From positions 6,699 through 70,698 of the forward strand of contig JBPCPV010000009.1 in the NCBI GenBank assembly GCA_050998805.1: a stretch of 64,000 nt of DNA, in the 5' to 3' direction. The position numbers were made by a program, and so were the translations under genes. Source of the stretch: Chloroflexia bacterium (GTDB lineage: Bacteria; Chloroflexota; Chloroflexia; QHBQ01; JAICKM01). The notes beneath the pieces were generated by a model, which was not told the origin of the DNA, ran no database searches, and was given only the letters and a program-made list of their open reading frames with translations. Shown here piece by piece: positions 1 through 8,330 of the stretch. Each line of letters starts with the position of its first letter. Position 1 is the stretch's first letter.

Positions 1-519
1 GGCGGTGGGGCGGTGGGCCTGCTTGACATGCACGGTGTCGGCGCGCCCGAAAGTCTCGACCAGCAGGCGCTCGGCCTCGATGTAGTCGCGGGTCGCCTCG
101 ATCAGAGGGTCGAAGGCCGGGGAGTTGTCGGTGCCGGTCTCCCACGGGTGGAGGCAGAGCGCCAGGTTCTCGTGCCGGGGGTCGCGCTCGCGCAAGAGCC
201 AGTCGTGGTAGGCATCGAGGCCGTCGAGCAGCGCGAGGAAGTCGGCGGAGTGCGCCGCCCGCTCCTCGTCGCTGATCTTGCGGAAGACCACCTCGGCGCA
301 GAGGCCGATGATCGGCGGCTGGGTGATGCCGGAGGTCCGCAGGCGTGTCGGCCCCGCCACCTGCGGCGGCACAGCCCAGTCGTCGGCGTCGGGCCGATAG
401 CCGGCCTGGGCGGGCATGAAGCGGATCTGCGGCAGCATCCCGTTGCGCCACTGGCACGCGAAGATAGCCCGCAGCTCGTTGATCGCCCGCCGAGTGCCGT
501 ATCTGCTCTGCCGAGGCAT
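1..519 (-). CDS. Glycoside hydrolase family 63 (mannosyl/glucosylglycerate hydrolase-like), 5' part; runs off the window
   Basis: Not in the ORF track. Manual translation from ATG 519 (GGAGG upstream) gives MPRQSRYGTRRAINELRAIFACQWRNGMLPQIRF...TSGITQPP...HPWETGTDNSPAFD, the typical MGH/GH63 motifs. Confidence 0.8.
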   Translation of the reverse strand, partial: MPRQSRYGTRRAINELRAIFACQWRNGMLPQIRFMPAQAGYRPDADDWAVPPQVAGPTRLRTSGITQPPIIGLCAEVVFRKISDEERAAHSADFLALLDGLDAYHDWLLRERDPRHENLALCLHPWETGTDNSPAFDPLIEATRDYIEAERLLVETFGRADTVHVKQAHRPTA

Positions 520-551
520 ACCGCCAACCCTCCGACGCCCTGCGCCGGCTG

Positions 552-1433
552 CTAGTAGTGGACTAGGACCGTTGTGCCGTAGCTCGCCCAATCGTAGAGC
601 CAGTTCGCGTTTTGGTCGCTCAGGTTGACGCACCCGTGGGACATCGGCGTGCCGAAGTTGTCGTGCCAGTATGCTCCGTGCAGCGAGTCTCCCGACGACT
701 CGAAGTATTGTATCCAGGGCACGTCCTTGAGCCGGTAGTACTTGGAGCCGTCCAACGCGCCGCCGCCGGCCATATCTTGGAGGAGCAGCCGCCAGTAGAT
801 GTGGTGTTCTCCGACTACGGTCTCGTGGCCCTTCTTGCCGCTCGAAATCTGGCCGAGCATCACAGGCAAGGCGTTCTCATAGGCGAACACGGTCTGCTGA
901 GTCAGGTTCACATCGATCCATCGGCCCGCTCTGAAACTGCTCGGCGTTTGCAGGGGCGCAACATAGTCCACGAGGCTCGAACTGATCCAGAGGTTCGGCT
1001 CAGGGTAGCGTCCCACTTGATACCACGAGGTGCCCGGCGTCGCCCCCGGCACCGTGTTGTAGACCAGAACCCGGCGGCCGTAGTACCAGACACGTTGCAC
1101 GCCGTAAGTGTAGCCCGGCCCGCTGCGGACGTTCGCGGTGCCGCTGAGTTGGCCGAGCCAGACGCCCAAGATGCTCGGCACCGCGGGGTTCACGTAGACG
1201 ACCGGGGTGGGTACGTTGGTCGGGCGTGCGGTGTAGGGACGCGGGGTCGCCGTGGCCGTGGCGGTGGAGTGGTATGGCCGATGCGTCGGGTAGGCCGTCG
1301 CCGTGCCGGTTGCGCCGGGCGTGCCGCTGGGATAGACTTGGGCGGCGGAAGCCGCCGGGGTCAGGTAGACGGACACCAACAGCGCCGCCGCGACCACCGC
1401 AGCGGCCGACAGGATAAAGAACTTTGCGCGCAT
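552..1433 (-). CDS. Secreted L,D-transpeptidase (YkuD family) with SH3-like domain
   Basis: Signal peptide, Pro/Thr linker, ANVRSGPG SH3b motif, catalytic HGAYWH...SHGCVN. Start moved to ATG 1433 (AGAGGAG RBS). Confidence 0.9.
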   Translation of the reverse strand: MRAKFFILSAAAVVAAALLVSVYLTPAASAAQVYPSGTPGATGTATAYPTHRPYHSTATATATPRPYTARPTNVPTPVVYVNPAVPSILGVWLGQLSGTANVRSGPGYTYGVQRVWYYGRRVLVYNTVPGATPGTSWYQVGRYPEPNLWISSSLVDYVAPLQTPSSFRAGRWIDVNLTQQTVFAYENALPVMLGQISSGKKGHETVVGEHHIYWRLLLQDMAGGGALDGSKYYRLKDVPWIQYFESSGDSLHGAYWHDNFGTPMSHGCVNLSDQNANWLYDWASYGTTVLVHY

Positions 1434-1530
1434 TAATAACTCCTCTAGTTTCGTGTAGAAGTTTCGTGCCTGAGCAAGGGAAGATCTCTCGGCGCCCGCC
1501 TCAGAATACAGGACATCATGCTTTTTGTCA

Positions 1531-1546
1531 AGCAAAGCGCGTGCCA
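1531..1546 (-). promoter_or_regulatory. sigma54 (-24/-12) promoter upstream of the L,D-transpeptidase
   Basis: Minus strand TGGCACGCGCTTTGCT matches TGGCACG-N4-TTGCW with exact GG-N10-GC spacing. Confidence 0.7.
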
Positions 1547-1611
1547 TTCCGTCGCCGGATCTGGTATACTTAGGTGGAGGTTGGCGCACTCCTGAAAGCA
1601 GGGCTTTTCTA

Positions 1612-3966
1612 ATGTCGAAACACCATAGCTCATCGCTGACGGTCCACAAGAAGGCGTTCTACCCACCCGGCCTCCTCGTGCTTCTAGTCTTCTTGCTATT
1701 CGTCGGCCAGTTCCAGGCGCTCGCCGCGCCGGTGGGAGCCGTAGCCGAGCACGGACATGGACGCGCGGGCGCAAAGGCCGGCGCGCCCCAGCGCCGCCCG
1801 ACTGCCGCCGATTGGCGCGCCGGCCGCCTGCTCGTCCGCCTCGCCTCCGGCACGAACCTCGCGCTCGACGGAGACGGCGTGGGGCCGATCTGTGCCGCAT
1901 CTCCCGCGCTCTGGGCTGCGCTCGCCGGTTTGGGCCTCGGCCAGGCCGAGGCGCTCGACAAAGATAGCGGGTTATATAGGCTCTACGCCTCCGGTGCTGG
2001 CTTCGATGTCGGCGCGGCGGTGCGGGCGCTCGCCGCGCTCCCCGGCGTGGCCTACGCCGAGCCGGATTTCGAGCTACGGGCCTCGTTCGCGCCGAACGAC
2101 CCGTATTATTCCCAGCAGTGGTATCTCAACAAAATAGCCGTACCCGCCGCCTGGGATGTCACCACCGGCTCGCGCAGCGTGATCGTGGCGATGGCCGACA
2201 CCGGCATCTCCCCCGTCCACCCCGACCTCACGGGGCAGCTTGTCGCTGGCTACAACTTCGTGAGCGACAACACGAACACCAGCGATGACAACGGCCACGG
2301 CACTTATACGGCCGGCCTCGTCGCCGCCCTCCGCAACAACGGCGTCGGCATCGCCGGAGTCGCGCCGGGCGTGCGCCTGATGCCGATCAAGATCCTCGAC
2401 AAGAACGGCGGCGGCAGCGTCGGCGATTTCGTGCGCGGCCTCCACTGGGCGACGGACCACGGCGCGCGAGTGATCAACGTCAGCGCCGGGATCGAATACC
2501 CCGTGACTGCCATGCTGGACGCGGTGCGCTATGCGCGAAACCACGGTGTGTTAGTCGTCGCATCCGCCGGCAACTCGCCCGACGGCAACCCACAATGGCC
2601 GGCAGGCTATGCGGAGGTCGTCGCCGTCTCGGCCACAGACGAGCAGGACCGGATCGCGTCCTTCTCGTCCTACGGCTCGTTCGTCGATCTCTCGGCACCC
2701 GGCACAAATATGATCAGCGACGGCTGGAGTCCGGGCCGCATCGGCTATGAGTCCGCCAGCGGCACCTCGTCCTCCGCGCCTCTCGTGTCGGCTGCCGCCG
2801 CACTCCTGCTTTCCGTGAAGCCGGCGCTCTCGCCGACCGAGCTGCAACGCCTCCTCGAAGACGGGTCGGACGACCTCGGGCGGCCTGGCTGGGATCCCTA
2901 CTTCGGGGCGGGGCGGCTGAACATCGCCCACTCGCTGCTGCTCGCGGGGGCCGTGCCGCCGACGCAGGTCGCCCGCACCCCCACGCCTGCGCCGCCGACG
3001 CCCACGCCCGCGCCTCCCGCCGCCGCCCTCGCGGTCAACCCCGTCCACACCCTGCCGGGCGGCACGGTTTCGCTGACCGGCCACGGATTCGCGCCAGGTG
3101 AGGCCGTGGCCCTCCGTCTGGTGGACGCCGGGGGCCGCAGCCATGACCTCGCCGGCTCGCAGGCCGACCTCCACGGCGGCTTCACGGCGAGCGTGGTGAT
3201 CCCCGCCGGCCTCGGGCCGGGCCTCGCCGGCATCTCGGCGCGCGGGGCAAAAAGCGGCTCTCTCGGAACCTCACAGATAATCCTCGACACACCCCCGCCC
3301 CCCAACGTGCCGACCCCCACGCCTGTCCCCGATGAAGGCGGGCGGATCACTCTCGGCGGGCAACCACTCGTGCCTCTGGCCGATCCCGCCTCCGCCTTCG
3401 CGCCGGTGGGCGATCCCGCACGAGCCGGCGTGATCTATTTCCCGCGCGTGCAGCACAGCCTGTCCGGAATTTTCCTGAACTACTGGCAGAGCCATGGCGG
3501 GCTGCCGATCTTCGGCTACCCGATCTCGGAGGAGTTCGCCGAAGTCTCCACGACCGATGGCCTGCCTTACAACGTGCAGTATTTCCAGCGAAACCGCTTC
3601 GAGTACCACCCCGAAAAGGCCGGCACGCCTTACGAAGTGCTCCTCGGCCTGCTCGGCCGTGACGTGACCTCGGGCCGCAGCTTCGACACCGCCTTCGTGC
3701 AGGTCAGCGACGCCACCCACCTCTACTTCCCCCTCACCGGCCACCTGCTTGGCGGCTCGTTCCTGGTCTACTGGCAAGCCCACGGCGGGCTGCCGATCTT
3801 CGGCTACCCGATCTCCGAGGAGTTCCAGGAGAACGGCTACACGGTGCAGTACTTCGAGCGCAACAGGTTCGAGTACCACCCCGAAAACGCTGGCACCCCG
3901 AACGATGTGCTGCTGGGGCTGCTCGGCGCGGACGTGGCGCGTGCGCTCGGCTTCATGAGCCACTAA
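1612..3966 (+). CDS. Secreted S8 subtilisin-like serine peptidase with C-terminal Chloroflexota surface repeats
   Basis: Catalytic triad motifs ADTG, HGTYTAG, SGTSSSAP; signal peptide; two GGLPIFGYPISE/QYFxRNRFEYHPE repeats. Confidence 0.92.
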   Translation: MSKHHSSSLTVHKKAFYPPGLLVLLVFLLFVGQFQALAAPVGAVAEHGHGRAGAKAGAPQRRPTAADWRAGRLLVRLASGTNLALDGDGVGPICAASPALWAALAGLGLGQAEALDKDSGLYRLYASGAGFDVGAAVRALAALPGVAYAEPDFELRASFAPNDPYYSQQWYLNKIAVPAAWDVTTGSRSVIVAMADTGISPVHPDLTGQLVAGYNFVSDNTNTSDDNGHGTYTAGLVAALRNNGVGIAGVAPGVRLMPIKILDKNGGGSVGDFVRGLHWATDHGARVINVSAGIEYPVTAMLDAVRYARNHGVLVVASAGNSPDGNPQWPAGYAEVVAVSATDEQDRIASFSSYGSFVDLSAPGTNMISDGWSPGRIGYESASGTSSSAPLVSAAAALLLSVKPALSPTELQRLLEDGSDDLGRPGWDPYFGAGRLNIAHSLLLAGAVPPTQVARTPTPAPPTPTPAPPAAALAVNPVHTLPGGTVSLTGHGFAPGEAVALRLVDAGGRSHDLAGSQADLHGGFTASVVIPAGLGPGLAGISARGAKSGSLGTSQIILDTPPPPNVPTPTPVPDEGGRITLGGQPLVPLADPASAFAPVGDPARAGVIYFPRVQHSLSGIFLNYWQSHGGLPIFGYPISEEFAEVSTTDGLPYNVQYFQRNRFEYHPEKAGTPYEVLLGLLGRDVTSGRSFDTAFVQVSDATHLYFPLTGHLLGGSFLVYWQAHGGLPIFGYPISEEFQENGYTVQYFERNRFEYHPENAGTPNDVLLGLLGADVARALGFMSH

Positions 3967-3973
3967 CCACTCG

Positions 3974-5389
3974 TCACGGGGGGAAGCGGGGCGCTAGCCA
4001 CTCTTGGGGAGCGACCGGCGGTCCGGCAACATGCACCTCCCAGTGCAAATGGGGACCGGTCACGTTGCCTGTGTGGCCGGACAGGCCGATGAGGGTGCCG
4101 GGCGCGACTACCTGGCCGACTGTGACGCGGTATGCCGATAGATGGGCGTAGAGGGTGAAGACGCCCGCGCCATGGTCGAGGACTATGGCGTTGCCGCGCA
4201 GGATCAGCCAGCGGGCGAACACCACACGCCCCGCGGCTGGCGCGTAGACAGGGGTGCCCTCGCCAGCCGTCAGATCCCAGCCCCAGTGAACCTCGTAGGG
4301 CGGCTCATCGTTGTAGGCTCGGCGCTCGCCGAAGGGCGCGGTCTCGACCAGGGGGCCGTGGAGAGGAGGCAGGAACGGGCCGTGCCGGAGCGGCGGACCA
4401 CTCCGCCCGGCGAAGACGGCGTCCAGAATGGCGTGTTCGGTCGTCCGCACGTTGGGTGGGGTGCGCGGGCCGTAATAGACATCGCGCCGCGTCGGGAACG
4501 GGTAGGGCACTACCGACAGGTTGCGAGTGACCGTCAGCGGCGTGCCGTCGGCGGCGCGGAGGCTGACCGTCAGGGGCAGGCTGTCGGGCGACTGGTACGG
4601 CTCGGCCCCTGCCACCGCCCAGAGGTAGGCTCGTCCCCCGCCGGGCGCGAGCGGCAGGCAGCAATTGAAGCTGAGCTTGTGGTCGTTGAGAGTGCCGCCG
4701 ATCAGAGTGCCGCCGGGCGGGGACAGCAGCTTGATCAGCACGGTGTGCCCCTCCTGCACAGCCGGAGGCTCCATCACCACGGCCGCTGACGAGGTGGATC
4801 GGAGGGAGGTCGCGCCGAGGGGTGAGGGCAACACGCGATAGCCGAGAGTGGCGAGTTCGGGGTGATGTTCGAGCCTGGCCCGCTCGAAATACTGCACCGT
4901 CAGCCCGTCCTCGGTCAGCTCCTCCGAGATCGGGTAGCCGAAGATCGGCAGCCCGCCCTCCTCGCGCCAGAAGCGCAACAAATCGCCCTGGACGCTGTGG
5001 CCGGTGGCGGCGAAGTAGAGGTGGCCGGGGTTCGGCGGGAAGCTGGCGATGCCGGGGAATGCTCTGCCGGCCTGCTCGGCACCGAGCCGCGCAAGCGTTA
5101 TCTGCTCGCCCGGTGGATAGTCGGGGTGCCATTCAAGCCGGGCGCGCTCGAAATACTGCACGGTCAGCTTGCCCTCGCGCCTCTCCTCGGTGAGCGGCGC
5201 GCCGAAAAGCAACGCGCCATCATGCCCCCGCCAGAAGTCGGCGAAACCGCCCTGCAAGACCGGCCCCGACGCCGAGCGCGCTCCCGGCGTGGCTGCCGGC
5301 CAGAGGCAGAGCGCGAGGAGCAGTGCGAGCGCGGCCATGCGTGGTCGCAGCACGACGAGCCAATCTCTCTTGGGTTTGTTACGAGCCAT
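3974..5389 (-). CDS. M23 family metallopeptidase with N-terminal Chloroflexota surface repeats
   Basis: HWGWD (HxxxD), YAHLS, GPHLHWEV (HxH) motifs. Start moved to ATG 5389 (MARNKPKR..., signal peptide). Confidence 0.88.
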   Translation of the reverse strand: MARNKPKRDWLVVLRPRMAALALLLALCLWPAATPGARSASGPVLQGGFADFWRGHDGALLFGAPLTEERREGKLTVQYFERARLEWHPDYPPGEQITLARLGAEQAGRAFPGIASFPPNPGHLYFAATGHSVQGDLLRFWREEGGLPIFGYPISEELTEDGLTVQYFERARLEHHPELATLGYRVLPSPLGATSLRSTSSAAVVMEPPAVQEGHTVLIKLLSPPGGTLIGGTLNDHKLSFNCCLPLAPGGGRAYLWAVAGAEPYQSPDSLPLTVSLRAADGTPLTVTRNLSVVPYPFPTRRDVYYGPRTPPNVRTTEHAILDAVFAGRSGPPLRHGPFLPPLHGPLVETAPFGERRAYNDEPPYEVHWGWDLTAGEGTPVYAPAAGRVVFARWLILRGNAIVLDHGAGVFTLYAHLSAYRVTVGQVVAPGTLIGLSGHTGNVTGPHLHWEVHVAGPPVAPQEWLAPRFPP

Positions 5390-5453
5390 CCCCTGCCCCT
5401 TCCTGCTCCGACCGATTATAGCATTGATTTCCTGCGGTCGGCAAGGGATGGCC

Positions 5454-5490
5454 TTGACAAACCGCACAGAATAGTTTATACTTAAACCAT
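5454..5490 (+). promoter_or_regulatory. sigma70-type promoter with overlapping palindromic operator for marR-yceI
   Basis: TTGACA(5454)-17 nt-TATACT(5477); inverted repeat GTTTA-TACT-TAAAC overlaps the -10. Confidence 0.7.
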
Positions 5491-5525
5491 CTGGAGGGCG
5501 CGGGCTGAAAACCGCGTGAGGTACT

Positions 5526-5969
5526 ATGTCAGGGATACGACACGCCGGGCTGCTCGCTTGGCTGCATCTCATAAAAGTAAATGACAAGATGCAGCGCATG
5601 GCGACCGCACAGCTTGCCGCATACGGCCTCACGCTCGCGCAGTTCGATGTGCTGGTGCAGCTGCACCTGGCGCCTGGGATAACCCAGCAAGAGTTGGCGG
5701 AGCGGATGCTGGTGAGCAAGGGGAACATCTGCGGGCTGATCGACCGTATAGCCGCGCACGGCTGGGTCGAGCGGGGTTGCCACCCCGAGGACAGGCGTGC
5801 GAACCTGCTTAACCTCACTGCTGCCGGCCGCGAACTCATAGAGGAGGCTCTTCCTGCCCACGAAGAGTTCGTCCAGAGGCAGATGGCTGCTCTCTCAGAC
5901 GGGGATCAGCGTGTCCTGCTCGCGCTCTTGCGCGAACTCGACCGCTCTTTCAGTCGGTGCGAGCATTAG
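5526..5969 (+). CDS. MarR family transcriptional regulator
   Basis: GLTLAQFDVL...ITQQELAERMLVSKGNICGLIDR...DRRANLLNLT winged-helix signature. Confidence 0.93.
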   Translation: MSGIRHAGLLAWLHLIKVNDKMQRMATAQLAAYGLTLAQFDVLVQLHLAPGITQQELAERMLVSKGNICGLIDRIAAHGWVERGCHPEDRRANLLNLTAAGRELIEEALPAHEEFVQRQMAALSDGDQRVLLALLRELDRSFSRCEH

Positions 5970-6037
5970 ACCCAATTTTTTTTGGGACGGCGGTTTACAC
6001 AATTACTATCCACATAGAAACTATCAAGGAGATCCAA

Positions 6038-6595
6038 ATGACAACGACAGACACGCAGCAGACGACCAAGTGGACACTCGACAAGAACCACTCGCAGGTC
6101 GAGTTCTCGGCGAAGCACATGATGTTCACGACCGTCAGAGGCCGGTTCAACAGCGTTGAGGCCGAAGTGGACTGGAACGAGGCCGACCCCACCAAGTCCT
6201 CGGTGGTGGCGACGATCGACGCGAACTCGCTGACGACGTTCAACGACCAGCGCGACACGCATCTCCGATCCGGCGACTTCTTCGAGGTGGAGAAGAACCC
6301 GACGATCACCTTCCGCAGTACCCGCATCGAGGCGGCGGGCAAGAATGAGTTCCGCATCACCGGCGACCTGACGGTGCGTGGCGTGACAAAAGAGGTCGCC
6401 CTGGCGACGACATACGAGGGACGCGGCGTTGACCCATACGGCAACGTACACGCAGCCTTTGCGGCGCACACGACGATCAACCGCAAGGACTGGGGTCTGA
6501 CGTGGAACGTCGCCCTCGAGACCGGCGGCGTGCTCGTCGGCGACACGATCAAGATCGACATCGAGGCGGAACTGCTGGAGCAGAAGGCCGCATAG
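6038..6595 (+). CDS. YceI family lipid/polyisoprenoid-binding protein
   Basis: WTLDKNHSQVEFSAKHMMFTTVRGRF, RDTHLRSGDFF, INRKDWGLTWN; AAGGAG RBS before ATG 6038. Confidence 0.93.
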   Translation: MTTTDTQQTTKWTLDKNHSQVEFSAKHMMFTTVRGRFNSVEAEVDWNEADPTKSSVVATIDANSLTTFNDQRDTHLRSGDFFEVEKNPTITFRSTRIEAAGKNEFRITGDLTVRGVTKEVALATTYEGRGVDPYGNVHAAFAAHTTINRKDWGLTWNVALETGGVLVGDTIKIDIEAELLEQKAA

Positions 6596-6604
6596 GGCCT
6601 CCCG

Positions 6605-6720
6605 TAAGCGGTCAGCTATCAGCTTTCAGCAAACACCAATGTGCCAATCGCGACCCTGCCGGGTGGCGTTTGGCATATGTTTCTTAGCTGATGGCTGATG
6701 GCTGATGGCTGATGGCTGAC
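6605..6720. repeat. Inverted heptamer arrays (TCAGCnn x3 / GCTGATG x4-5) enclosing a GC-rich hairpin; probable terminator
   Basis: TCAGCTA TCAGCTT TCAGC (6612-6630) is complementary to GCTGATG repeats (6687-6720); inner stem ATGTGCCAA..CGCGACCC / GGGTGGCG..TTGGCATAT. Confidence 0.7.
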
Positions 6721-6727
6721 CGCTTCT

Positions 6728-6780
6728 TGCGCGCCGGGGCCGGATTCGGGTATAATTACCTAAGATGGCACATTTGTTCG
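6728..6780 (+). promoter_or_regulatory. sigma70 promoter with putative LexA (Cheo-type) box upstream of the UDG gene
   Basis: TTGCGC-17 nt-TATAAT(6751); 6767-6780 reads CGAAC-AAAT-GTGCC on the minus strand, one mismatch to GAAC-N4-GTTC. Confidence 0.5.
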
Positions 6781-6798
6781 TTAAGCGCGGAGGCGGTT

Positions 6799-7695
6799 GT
6801 GGGTAAGCTGGATAAACTCGACCAGCAGGTGAGGAGCTGCCGGCTCTGTCGGCTCTGCCGCACCCGGCTGAACGGAGTGCCCGGCGACGGCAACCAGGCC
6901 GCCGAGGTGATGTTCATCGGCGAAGGGCCGGGCTTCAACGAGGACCGAGAGGGCAAGCCGTTCGTGGGGCCTGCCGGCACCTTCCTCGACGAGCTGCTCG
7001 GCCTCGCTGGGCTGCTCCGGCCCGATGTCTATATCACGAACGTCGTCAAATGCCGCCCGCCCCAGAACCGCGATCCGCTGCCCGACGAAATAGACGCCTG
7101 CGCGCCTTATTTGGAGCGCCAGATCGCCGTGATTGACCCGCTGCTGATCGTCACGCTGGGCCGCTTCTCGATGGCGCGGTTTTTCCCGAACGATAGGATC
7201 AGCAGCGTCCACGGCGAGGCGCGGCAGATGGACGGGCGGGTCGTGATGACGATGTGGCACCCTGCATACGGCCTGCGGAACGACGACGGCAAGCAGAGCC
7301 TGCGGGAAGATTTCCGCAAGATCCCCTCTGTGATCGAACAGGCCCGCGAACTTCGCGCCGCCCGCCCCGCGCCGCCCTCGCGCCGCCCCGCCGACCTAAG
7401 CGCGCTGGTGGAGCGGGAGCTTTCAGTGGTCAGTGGTCAGTGGTCGGTGGTCAGTAGTCAGGGATCGGGGGTTGGAATTCCGGTGCCTGTGGCTGCTGAG
7501 GGGGCGGCTGTGCCTGTGACTGAAGCGCCTGTGGCCTACGATACTGAGGATGAGGTGCCGGTCGCAGATGTCGCTCCGGCTGAGGCTCCGGCTAACGATG
7601 CCGAGCAAGCCCCGATGTCCACCGAAAAGCCTACGAAGGCTGGCAAGAAGGGCAAGCCCGAATCGGATTTCGAGCAGCTCAGTCTATTTTCGTGA
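6799..7695 (+). CDS. Uracil-DNA glycosylase family 4 (Fe-S) with low-complexity C-terminal extension
   Basis: CRLCRLC, GEGPG, GKPFVG, NVVKCRPPQNRDP, HP motif; GGAGG RBS before GTG 6799. Confidence 0.92.
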   Translation: MGKLDKLDQQVRSCRLCRLCRTRLNGVPGDGNQAAEVMFIGEGPGFNEDREGKPFVGPAGTFLDELLGLAGLLRPDVYITNVVKCRPPQNRDPLPDEIDACAPYLERQIAVIDPLLIVTLGRFSMARFFPNDRISSVHGEARQMDGRVVMTMWHPAYGLRNDDGKQSLREDFRKIPSVIEQARELRAARPAPPSRRPADLSALVERELSVVSGQWSVVSSQGSGVGIPVPVAAEGAAVPVTEAPVAYDTEDEVPVADVAPAEAPANDAEQAPMSTEKPTKAGKKGKPESDFEQLSLFS

Positions 7696-7697
7696 GC

Positions 7698-8243
7698 ATG
7701 ATGGGTGAAGATTTAGCCAACAGCAGCGCGGAACCTGCCCGGACCTACCGGCTCTCGCGCGACGCCCGGCGGACGGTGATCGCCCTGCTGGTCGGCGTCG
7801 CGCTGATCGCCGTGTACGCGCTCTGGAGCCTCGGCGCGCTGATCACCGGCGGGCTGCAAGGCCCCGAATGGGTGAGCGCGGCGCTGATGCTGGCGATACT
7901 CGCGATCAGCCCGGCGGTGGCGTGGAGCCTGCTCGCCGAGTACAACGCGGCGATCCTAACCGACGACCGGGGCTTGACATATCAAACAATCGGCGGGGTC
8001 AACCTGCTCTATGACTGGTCGGAGGTGCATACCGGCGTGCCTACGGCGCATGACGAAGCGTCGGTGCTGCACCTCGGCGTTGACCCGCCTGCGCTGGAGC
8101 GGATCCGGAACCCGCTGGTCCGCCTTCTGCTGGAGCAGGCGCACGGCGGGCGCGTGCCGCTCTACCCCGGCCTGGCGGATCGCGCGGACCTGCTCGCGGC
8201 GATAACGGCGCGGGGGCGAGATTCTTCGCTGCGCTCAGAATGA
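7698..8243 (+). CDS. Hypothetical membrane protein (2 TM plus PH-like C-terminus)
   Basis: Two hydrophobic helices followed by ILTDDRGLTY...YDWSEV; start uncertain (7692-7701). Confidence 0.65.
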   Translation: MMGEDLANSSAEPARTYRLSRDARRTVIALLVGVALIAVYALWSLGALITGGLQGPEWVSAALMLAILAISPAVAWSLLAEYNAAILTDDRGLTYQTIGGVNLLYDWSEVHTGVPTAHDEASVLHLGVDPPALERIRNPLVRLLLEQAHGGRVPLYPGLADRADLLAAITARGRDSSLRSE

Positions 8244-8265
8244 CAGTTCTGCGCTCAGAATGACA
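8218..8265. repeat. REP-like palindromic repeat of the (T/C)GTC-tagged type plus a partial tandem copy
   Basis: GAGATTCTTCGCTGCGCTCAGAATGACA followed by a second CTGCGCTCAGAATGACA; supplies the stop codon of the upstream gene. Confidence 0.65.
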
Positions 8266-8330
8266 ATATAACAACGACAATATAGAACGACAGTATAAGC
8301 TAGTTAGCTGTAGAAAAGAGTACAAATACA

